A DNA stretch of 64,000 bases from contig CAWJKV010000005.1 of assembly GCA_963843555.1 (NCBI GenBank), positions 256,001 through 320,000 on the forward strand, written 5' to 3'. How positions within the stretch are numbered: position 1 is the stretch's first letter; each line of letters starts with the position of its first letter. A program made the position numbers and the translations under genes. Under the pieces are notes generated by a model. It was not told where the DNA came from. It saw only the letters and a program-made list of their open reading frames with translations, and did no database searches. The stretch is from an uncultured Methanosarcinales archaeon. GTDB lineage: Archaea > Halobacteriota > Methanosarcinia > Methanotrichales > Methanotrichaceae. This document shows positions 19,449 through 27,462 of the stretch, piece by piece.

Positions 19449-19496
19449 TTTGTATGCCCGACCATTGGGCATACAAATACCAATTTTTTCATTTTT
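19449..19496 (+). terminator. Hairpin plus T-tracts closing the rSAM/repeat-protein unit
   Basis: TTTGTATGCCC-gaccatt-GGGCATACAAA (11-bp stem) then TTTTTTCATTTTT. Confidence 0.7.
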
Positions 19497-19593
19497 GAGC
19501 ATTAACGCCAGGATGATTCCTGTTCGTCATTTGATTAGCTCGCTAACATAACTTATTTATCGTAAGCCTTTGTGTTTAACCTGCGTGATATGT

Positions 19594-20514
19594 ATGGCAG
19601 GAAAAATGCTCAAGCTATCCTTGCTGCTCCTGGTGCTGTCTGTCTTTTGCAGCGGCGCACATGCGGCGGAAGGCGAACGATTGAAGCTGGCAACTACCAC
19701 CAGCCTGCAAGATACCGGACTCCTTGACAAGATCAAAGAGAAGTTCGATGAGAAGTACAACGTATCCCTGGATGTCGTCTCCGGCGGGACCGGCATTGCT
19801 CTCCAGTACGGAGAGCGCGGTGATGTTGACGTCCTCATAGTCCACGACAAGCCGAGGGAGCTGAAGTTTATAGAGGACGGGCAGGGACTGGAGAGAAGAT
19901 GCATTGCCTATAACTACTTCTATGTGGTCGGCCCGAAGGATGATCCAGCGGGCATCAAGGGCATGAATGCTTCACAAGCACTTGCTGCAATCATGACCAG
20001 GGGAGAAGCCGATCCCGCATCGGTGATGTTCGTCTCTCGAGGCGACAACTCGGGAACACATGCCCGCGAGAAGCTGCTCTGGAAGAATGCCGGTCTCAAC
20101 TACAGCCTGGTCAACAGTTCCGGACCCTGGTATGTCGATGCCGGCCAGGGCATGGGCGCCACACTGAACATTGCCAATGAGAAGCAGGCCTACACTCTGA
20201 GCGATATGTCCACCTTCATGGCCTACCAGGGCAATCTGACTCTGGTACCCTTGATTGGAGGCGGAGATGATCTCCTGAATGTTTACGTGGCCATGGCTGT
20301 GAACCCGGAGAAACATCCTGATGTGAACTGCGCTCTGGCTAATGAGTTCATCAACTACCTGGTATCTGATGAAGGCCAGGATCTGATAGCCAGCTATGGT
20401 ATGGAGAAATACGGCAAGCCTCTCTTCTCTCCGGCCAGGGGCAATTGCACCCTCATCGGCTGCTCAGATGGAGAGTGCGCAAAACCCGCGACCGCCACCT
20501 GTGCTGCAGCATAA
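19594..20514 (+). CDS. tupA: Tungstate ABC transporter substrate-binding protein
   Basis: LATTTSLQDTGLL, GTGIAL, SRGDNSGTH, GQGMGATL; signal peptide. Confidence 0.93.
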   Translation: MAGKMLKLSLLLLVLSVFCSGAHAAEGERLKLATTTSLQDTGLLDKIKEKFDEKYNVSLDVVSGGTGIALQYGERGDVDVLIVHDKPRELKFIEDGQGLERRCIAYNYFYVVGPKDDPAGIKGMNASQALAAIMTRGEADPASVMFVSRGDNSGTHAREKLLWKNAGLNYSLVNSSGPWYVDAGQGMGATLNIANEKQAYTLSDMSTFMAYQGNLTLVPLIGGGDDLLNVYVAMAVNPEKHPDVNCALANEFINYLVSDEGQDLIASYGMEKYGKPLFSPARGNCTLIGCSDGECAKPATATCAAA

Positions 20515-20542
20515 ACTGAAAGATCGCTAGTGGTGAATTTGG

Positions 20543-21238
20543 TTGGAAGAGATCTGGAACGGCATTATCAGAACTATAGAGCTGATAATGACCCTCGACT
20601 CTCAGGTGGTGGAGATCACCACCAGGTCTCTTTTCATCTCTTTATCGTCCGCCTTTTTGGCCGCCGTCGTATGCATCCCCCTGGGGGGCTTCATCGAGTT
20701 TCGCAGCTTTTGGGGAAAAGGGGCATTAATAAACGCTATTCACACCCTTTACAGCCTACCAACGGTTACTGTAGGCCTCCTGGTCTTCCTGCTCATCTCG
20801 CGCTCCGGTCCGCTGGGCGGTCTGGGCCTGCTCTTCAGCCCGGCGGGGATGATCCTGGGCCAGGCTATTCTTGTCGGCCCAATTATGGTTGGGCTCACCA
20901 TTACAGCTCTGGCGGAGGTCAACCCGCTGATCAAGGAGACTGCTAAATCATTGGGCGCAACAGAGCTGCAGATAATAGTCACCGTAATAAAAGAGGCCCG
21001 CGTCGCGGTCATGGCTGCCGTTCTCCTCGGATTTGGCAGGGCGCTCTCGGAGGTTGGTGTGGCCATGATGATCGGTGGAAACATTCGGGGCTACACGCGC
21101 GTGCTCACCACGTCCATTGCCCTTGAGACCTCCATGGGCAACCTGGAGCTATCCATTGCCCTGGGAATTATCCTCATATCCATCTCGCTGGTGATCAATA
21201 TCGTGCTGAATAGATTTCGAAGGCGACGGATTGACTGA
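20543..21238 (+). CDS. tupB: Tungstate ABC transporter permease
   Basis: SRSGPLG, FGRALSEVG, GGNIRGYTRVLTT. Confidence 0.93.
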   Translation: MEEIWNGIIRTIELIMTLDSQVVEITTRSLFISLSSAFLAAVVCIPLGGFIEFRSFWGKGALINAIHTLYSLPTVTVGLLVFLLISRSGPLGGLGLLFSPAGMILGQAILVGPIMVGLTITALAEVNPLIKETAKSLGATELQIIVTVIKEARVAVMAAVLLGFGRALSEVGVAMMIGGNIRGYTRVLTTSIALETSMGNLELSIALGIILISISLVINIVLNRFRRRRID

Positions 21239-21241
21239 GGA

Positions 21242-21998
21242 ATGGAGGATGGACGGGCTGATGGAATGACCGGTGAACTGCCATTTCTGGAGATTAAGAG
21301 CTCTCGGCAAAAGCTATGGCAAGGTGGAGATCCTCAAGGACATCGACATAACTATGGAGCGTGGCGAAGTCCTGGTCCTCATCGGTCCCACTGGATCAGG
21401 GAAGACAACTCTGCTGCGGCTGGTGAGCCTGCTGGAGGCGCCAAGCTTAGGGTGCATCCGGTTCAAAGGCCAGATTGTCACAGCCGGTCCAGAGAAAGAG
21501 AGACTTCTGGCCCGCCGCAGCATGGCCATGGTCTTTCAAAAGCCGGTCATGTTCAAGTCCAGCGTTCAGGAGAATGTCTCCTTCGGTTTGAGGATGAGGG
21601 GAAGGAATGATCGCGGAAAAGTGCGGGAGGCTCTGGCTGCCGTTGGCCTGTCCGGATACGAGAAGCGGGACGCCAACACGCTCTCGGGAGGGGAGATGCA
21701 GAGGATCGCCCTGGCCAGGGCAATGGTCCTGGAGCCGGAGCTGCTGCTTCTGGACGAGCCGACAGCCAACCTGGATCCGAAGAGCGCTGCGGCGGTCATC
21801 AGCCTCCTGCAGGAATTGACCGGAAGGAAGACGACTGTGATCATGGCCACGCACAATATGCGGGAGGCCCTGTTGCTGGCGAGCAAGGTGGCAGTGCTGC
21901 AGGCGGGCAGGCTGACGGCCGTGGGAAGGCCGGACGAGATATTCAGGTCCCGAAAGGTCACAGACCCTCTTTCGTCCGAAATCTCAGCACCCTGGTGA
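21242..21998 (+). CDS. tupC: Tungstate ABC transporter ATPase; frameshift near 5' end
   Basis: GPTGSGKT, LSGGEMQR, LLLDEPTANLD. Confidence 0.88.
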
Positions 21999-22018
21999 TG
22001 ATTGTCAAACTCATTACT

Positions 22019-22912
22019 CTACGCGCCAGATTCTCCTTCATATGCCTTCTTCAACAGCTCAATGTCAAATTTTTTCATTTTGAGAAACGCCTCGGTCACC
22101 CGCGCCAATCTCTCTAGGTCTTTGTCTTTGAGCATCTCATCCATAATCGTGGGAACAATCTGCCATGAGACGCCGTACTTATCCTTCAGCCAGCCGCATT
22201 GCTCCGCCGTTGGGTCTGCAGAAAGCTTTCCCCAGTAATAATCAATCTCCTCCTGCGTCTCGCAGTGCACCATGAAGGAAATGGCCTCGTTGAAAGCAAA
22301 TTTGTGTTCAAACGCGCTGTCCATGGCGGCAAATTCCAGCCCCTCAAGCACGAAAGAGGCGTGCTTTATTGTTCCAGCTTTATCCGGTTCTTCACCTTTG
22401 TTGTAGCGGTCTATATCGCCAACTCTTGCATCGCGGAACACCGTTGCGTAAAAATTAATCGCTTCTTCTGCTTTTCCGTATTGTTTGCCGACAAACAAAA
22501 GCGTCGGGGTGATTTTCCGCTTTATCTTACGACCGCCTATGAACATCACCTGCCATGAAAGGCCGTACCTGTCCTGCACCCACCCATATCTCTCGCTGAA
22601 CGGATATTCACCAAGCTCCATGAGTGCCGTGCCTCCTTCTGAGAGTTTATCCCACAATAGGTCGACCTCATCCTTCGTCTCGCATGCGACAAGAAATGAT
22701 ATCGATGGATTGAATTTGAAGAGCGGGCCTGCGCTGATGAGCGTGAATTCCTGCCCCAAGAGTTCAATGGTAACAATATCAACCGAGCCTGATGGCGTGT
22801 TATGAAGCTCTGTCGTATTACTGATTTTCGAGTCCTTGAAGACAGATGTGTAGAACCCGGCTGCTTCCCTGGCTTCTTTGTCAAACCATAGATGCGGTGT
22901 GATTTTTTCCAT
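22019..22912 (-). CDS. VOC/PhnB-like protein (3-demethylubiquinone-9 3-methyltransferase family), two domains
   Basis: MEKITPHLWFDKEAREAA, YGWVQDRYGLSWQ, CGWLKDKYGVSWQIVP. Confidence 0.9.
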   Translation of the reverse strand: MEKITPHLWFDKEAREAAGFYTSVFKDSKISNTTELHNTPSGSVDIVTIELLGQEFTLISAGPLFKFNPSISFLVACETKDEVDLLWDKLSEGGTALMELGEYPFSERYGWVQDRYGLSWQVMFIGGRKIKRKITPTLLFVGKQYGKAEEAINFYATVFRDARVGDIDRYNKGEEPDKAGTIKHASFVLEGLEFAAMDSAFEHKFAFNEAISFMVHCETQEEIDYYWGKLSADPTAEQCGWLKDKYGVSWQIVPTIMDEMLKDKDLERLARVTEAFLKMKKFDIELLKKAYEGESGA

Positions 22913-22913
22913 G

Positions 22914-23579
22914 TTATTCTCCCTCTTTAAGCCGTTTGCGACGGGCAAGTTCTGCCTCACTTGGCATATCCTGGGCAACTGACCCTGTCTTGACTTTTCC
23001 TGCGCGCTCATAAGTGGCAACTATAACGCCTGTGGTTGAAGTTCTACTATCGATGAGTTTTAGGCCTGCTGGAATGGTACCGTTCCCAAACAAACGTTTG
23101 CCTGTTCCGAGGGTAATCGGGAATATCTTCAAGCGGAACTCGTCAATTAAGTCGTGCTTTAATAGCGTTTGAATAAGGTTGCTGCTGCCGTAGACCTGCA
23201 GTTCAGGCCCGTCCTGTTGTCTTAGTTTTTCGATTTCTTGAACGACGTCACCTTTGACGAGCGTGGAATTGCTCCAGTCAAGCTTCTGCAACGTCGTTGA
23301 GACGACATATTTTTTGGTGCTGTTGAACTTGCCTGCAATCGGATCATCGCTTTTCGCATAAGGCCAGTATGCCGCGAAAATCTCATAAGTCTTCCTTCCC
23401 AGCAACAGATCAAAAGGTTTTGCCATTTGCTCATCCATTACGCCGCCAAGAAAATCATCCCAATAATTGACAATCCAACCGCCGTACTCGAAGCCACCAG
23501 TCCGGTCCTCGTCAGGTCCGCCCGGGGCTTGTATGACGCCGTCAAGCGTTACGAAAGATAATACAATGAGTCTTCTCAT
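22914..23579 (-). CDS. Dihydrofolate reductase/RibD C-terminal family protein
   Basis: FVTLDGVIQAPGGPDED, LLLGRKTYEIFAAYWP, GTGKRLF. Confidence 0.9.
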   Translation of the reverse strand: MRRLIVLSFVTLDGVIQAPGGPDEDRTGGFEYGGWIVNYWDDFLGGVMDEQMAKPFDLLLGRKTYEIFAAYWPYAKSDDPIAGKFNSTKKYVVSTTLQKLDWSNSTLVKGDVVQEIEKLRQQDGPELQVYGSSNLIQTLLKHDLIDEFRLKIFPITLGTGKRLFGNGTIPAGLKLIDSRTSTTGVIVATYERAGKVKTGSVAQDMPSEAELARRKRLKEGE

Positions 23580-23901
23580 TTTATTTTCTCCTCAGCTGTT
23601 CTTGCTTTAAGCAGCATTGGTTGCTCTTTATCTGGCTCAGAAGGCTCCAGAGTTTCCGCGTCGAAGACGCTATCCTGCATCAGCCACTCTGAAACGATTA
23701 TTTCATCTCATACTAATTAGGTTGAGGTTGTTTATTAAATTTCTTAATGATTACTTGCGGTTAAGTTGCCACGCTCGATTTCACCGTTAAAATGGTCCTG
23801 AATGATTGCTGTATTGTTGGACAGATAAATTTTGTTTTTCAGCCAGATCTGAAAGCCGCCTCTGAGGAGACCGAGCTTGTGCGTCTGGGCCTGTTCCCTG
23901 A

Positions 23902-24753
23902 TTAGCTTCTGGGATATTCCAGTTCATTAACTTTGGCGAGGGCCAGATCGGCCTCCGCGTTCCGTCCCAACGACCGGAGGGCAGTCTCCTTGCATCTCCA
24001 GGCCTCCGCCAGCATGGGATCGATTTCAATGGCCTTTTCGGATGCCAGTAGCGCCAGATCGTGCTTGCCCAGATCGTTTAATGCATTGCCTTTGTTGCAC
24101 CAGGCTTCAGAGGATTGTGAATTGATCTTCGTAGCTCTATCATAGGCTGCAACGGCCCCGTCATACCTGGCCAGCTGATAAAGCGCATTGCCTTTGTTTA
24201 TCCAGGCGTCTGCATACTGCGAGTCCAGCTCTATAGCCCTATCAGATGCAGACAATGATTCATCATACTTGCCTTGAATGTAGAGAACAACGCCTTTATT
24301 GTACCAGGCGTTTGCATCCTGCGGCTCGATCTCGATGACTCTATCGTAGGCATGGATTGCCTCATCGTACTTGTGTTGCAGGGTGAGAACCACGCCTTTG
24401 TTGTACCAGGCTTTTGCATCCAGCGGATTGGCCTTGATGTAGCTCTCAAATTCCGCGACGGCCTCATCATATCTCTCCTGCTCTGCAAGAGCAATGCCCT
24501 TGTTGTAGCAGGTGATCCCTGCTGGCTTTCCTGCTGCTGGAGCGAAAAGCAGAGCAAGCAGTATTATGACGGGGATAAGATTTCCTTTGATTGATCTCCC
24601 TCCATTGTCCTCTGTTTGACAGATCTGGAGAAAAAGATTTTGGAGGCGAATGCTGAGACTTATTGATATCGTATTCAGGCCTGCCAGGCGGTGCCAGGTC
24701 GCATTCACCAGGCAGTTCAATCCCATCCGCACCATTCGATCTCTTTTCGGCAT
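23902..24753 (-). CDS. Exported TPR protein (true start probably near 24600)
   Basis: Repeated AWYNKG TPR units after hydrophobic IILLALLFAPAAG. Confidence 0.85.
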   Translation of the reverse strand: MPKRDRMVRMGLNCLVNATWHRLAGLNTISISLSIRLQNLFLQICQTEDNGGRSIKGNLIPVIILLALLFAPAAGKPAGITCYNKGIALAEQERYDEAVAEFESYIKANPLDAKAWYNKGVVLTLQHKYDEAIHAYDRVIEIEPQDANAWYNKGVVLYIQGKYDESLSASDRAIELDSQYADAWINKGNALYQLARYDGAVAAYDRATKINSQSSEAWCNKGNALNDLGKHDLALLASEKAIEIDPMLAEAWRCKETALRSLGRNAEADLALAKVNELEYPRS

Positions 24754-24828
24754 CGCAGAGGCGACAGAATTGCTGCTTCACCAAGGATGCTTTTATCTTC
24801 TTATACATCTTCTGGATCCAATGATAAG

Positions 24829-25284
24829 ATGATGCCCGAAGACACTACGGCCGAGGCAAAGATCGAAGAATCAGCAGATTCCTTTCTAACGGCGAGACAG
24901 CTTATGGTATTGCAGCTGCGCCACCATGGCCTCTCTCAGCAGGATATCGCAGAGCGGCTGGGCACCACGCGCTCCAATATCAGCATCCTGGAGAAGCGAG
25001 CCCATCAGAATATCGCCCGGGCGGAGCGCACGCTTCAGCAGTGGATGATGATTCGCGCCCCCATATCTCTGCAGGCCAAAGCGGGAACGGATGTCTTCGA
25101 TCTGCCCAGGATGATATTTGCAGCTGCGGATGAGAAAGGAGTGAGGTTGCCGGTCACCTCCATGGATATCGTGGTGCAACTTGGGCGGAGAGCGCCCCGG
25201 CTCTTCAAGAAGAGGGCTCTGGAGCAGGATGCCGAGATCTATGTGACAGAAGAGGGGGAGGTGATGGTGGAGGGAGTGGGGTGA
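24829..25284 (+). CDS. Tfx family DNA-binding protein
   Basis: SFLTARQ..VLQLR..GLSQQDIAERLGTTRSNISILEKRA..NIARAERTL. Confidence 0.88.
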   Translation: MMPEDTTAEAKIEESADSFLTARQLMVLQLRHHGLSQQDIAERLGTTRSNISILEKRAHQNIARAERTLQQWMMIRAPISLQAKAGTDVFDLPRMIFAAADEKGVRLPVTSMDIVVQLGRRAPRLFKKRALEQDAEIYVTEEGEVMVEGVG

Positions 25285-25441
25285 ATGCAATTCGGTTCTC
25301 GTCAGAAACATTTAAAAATAATCTTTACGGATATCAGCACAACTCTCCACTCAGTTATCCTGCATAGCATCTTCCCAGCCTCGTCTTAGCCCTCCAGGCC
25401 AAGGAAAATCTATTTCCCTCTCCGACCCCAATCCCATAATC

Positions 25442-26031
25442 GTGATCAGAATTCCGGTTTCCCGAATCCTAATTCCAGCCTTTCTTCTCTTCATCATAGC
25501 CACGACCCCTGCCGTCTCTGCCTATGGTCGCAGCGTGGAAGACCTGGTGGGCGCCTTCTCCATCGAGAAGACCATAAAGATCGGAAGCAGCAGCCAGGAT
25601 TTTTCCATCGTCGGGCGAGAGCCTCGATCCCCTGAGCCCGCCCCAAAGCCTGGCCTCTGGCCCTCTGGCAGACGACCAGGCCCCCAGCCTGGCGGGCTTC
25701 GCCTTTGAGCCGAACCTGGTTTCGTCCAACTCCTCCCAGCCCATCAACCTCACGCTTCATGCCATAGACGACCAGGCCGTCTGGGCAGCGGAGGCCAGGT
25801 TCTACCGGCCCGACGGGAGAAGAAGCAGTGGCGCTCTTCCCGGCCCAGAACCTCACCTCCGGATCGGCCAAGGATGGAATCTACAGCGCACAGATGCTCC
25901 TGCCCGCGAATGCGACAGGCGACTGGTATCTGCAGAGCTTGATCCTGGTGGACAGGGAAGGCAACCGCAGGACTCTGGCGCAAAGCGACCTTCTGCAACT
26001 GGGGCTGCCTACACAGATATCGGTGATCTAG
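25442..26031 (+). CDS. Hypothetical exported protein, split by frameshifts
   Basis: Signal-like N-terminus in 25442-25708; coding-like continuation to GDWYLQSLILVDREGN. Confidence 0.5.
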
Positions 26032-26152
26032 CGCTCTGCCTTGGAAGAAGTAAGAGGCGCGGGCTCTTCGCGATCTATTGTGGGCAAGGCTGCGATTCGA
26101 TTCTGAAAGCCTACAAAATGAATGGATCTGCACTAATCCGCATCGTCAGACT

Positions 26153-26263
26153 TCAAGAATTAGATTTAATCAATCGTGCGTGTATTGAATGATCCTTAAG
26201 AAGAGCTGATATAAGGATATTAGTATCGGCTACAATCCTAGGCTCTTCTTTTCTTCCTTCCAT
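26153..26263 (-). pseudogene. Truncated PIN-domain toxin
   Basis: Manual translation MEGRKEEPRIVADTNILISALLKDHSIHARLIKSNS*; overlaps the 3' end of the upstream small ORF. Confidence 0.7.
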
Positions 26264-26439
26264 ACCCTCTCCCGCACTTCCTCTAAAGCAAGAAGATCCT
26301 CTTTCGCAAGATCCAGATCCTCCACTGCTCTCTCAAATAGCACCCATTTGGTTTCTTCTTCTTTAATGAGGTCATCGATCTTCTTCTTTAGGGGCTTCAA
26401 GGGCAGGCAATCTGGGATCTCAACCTCAATCACACTCAC
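26230..26439 (-). CDS. Small charged protein, probable antitoxin
   Basis: 69 aa, GGTGA SD, coupled to a PIN remnant. Confidence 0.65.
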   Translation of the reverse strand: MSVIEVEIPDCLPLKPLKKKIDDLIKEEETKWVLFERAVEDLDLAKEDLLALEEVRERVWKEEKKSLGL

Positions 26440-26494
26440 TTTATCACCACATGGCTATCTATCCTTGTTGTTCATAAACTCTTTCTTGAATTGA

Positions 26495-26626
26495 TCATTT
26501 CAAGGATCGCAGAATTTCAGTGTCTTCCTCCAGCTCGAAGATCTCACATAGAGTAAGTGGCTTGTTTAGTTTTATTATGCCTACATAACTCTCCAGAATC
26601 TTCACCCTATCCTCTTTGGCAGACAT
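26495..26626 (-). CDS. Small hypothetical (antitoxin-like) peptide
   Basis: MSAKEDRVKILESYVGIIKLNKPLTLCEIFELEED after GAGGAG SD. Confidence 0.4.
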   Translation of the reverse strand: MSAKEDRVKILESYVGIIKLNKPLTLCEIFELEEDTEILRSLK

Positions 26627-26774
26627 TTTTTGGTTCTCCTCATCCTTTGTTGATCCTGAGGCAATTAATGATTTTAGCCATAGCAATCTGCTATGATTGT
26701 GATACGATGATATTTCAGACCTTCTAATTCTGAGACGTTCATTCAAGGATGGTTTTTGAAAAGTCTAAACACGA

Positions 26775-27209
26775 CTATTCTCCCATAATCTGCAGGACAA
26801 TCTTCCGCTGCCGGGGTCGGTTATCCAGCTCCAGGAAAACGATCTGCTGCCATGTTCCCAGCATCAGCCGCCCCTCACAGAAGGGCACAGAGAGGCTGGG
26901 CCCCAGGAGCGAGGCGCGAATGTGGGAGTGGCCGTTGCCGTCATGCCACCGCTCGTTGTGGGCATATTCGATCTCCTGCGGGGCGATCCTCTGCAGGGCA
27001 TCGGCAAGGTCGGCCACCAGCCCATCCTCGTACTCGATGGTTGTGACGGCCCCCGTGGCTCCGGGCACAAAGACGGTGACCACTCCTGCCTTTAGGGGCG
27101 TGCTCTCCAGCGCCTCCTGCACTTCATCCGTTAAATCACTCACTTCTCCGCTCAGCGTTTCAAACTCCAGATATCTGGTTACGATCAAGACATCAACTCC
27201 GGGCTCCAA
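26775..27209 (-). CDS. YjbQ/UPF0047 family protein
   Basis: GATGAVTTIEYE, NGHSHIRASLLG, LGTWQQIVFLELD. Confidence 0.92.
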   Translation of the reverse strand: MEPGVDVLIVTRYLEFETLSGEVSDLTDEVQEALESTPLKAGVVTVFVPGATGAVTTIEYEDGLVADLADALQRIAPQEIEYAHNERWHDGNGHSHIRASLLGPSLSVPFCEGRLMLGTWQQIVFLELDNRPRQRKIVLQIMGE

Positions 27210-27462
27210 GATATTTCCTTTCTCTTTCGATAAAATTTTGGCTCATTGAACTTCAAGCTTTCTGGATATCGATCAAAAATTGCTGCGGATCAATGAATGG
27301 GCTTGCAATATGATGACTTCAGAGGCAACCGAGATGATTGAAAGCTTGAAATAGTTTAGGGACGCAAATACTATTAGCTTAATATATCTAAAATATCGGC
27401 GGGCATGCACGAGCCCGGATGGCATGTCCGTCCGCTGATTTCGTAAGTAAGGAGAGCTGTTT

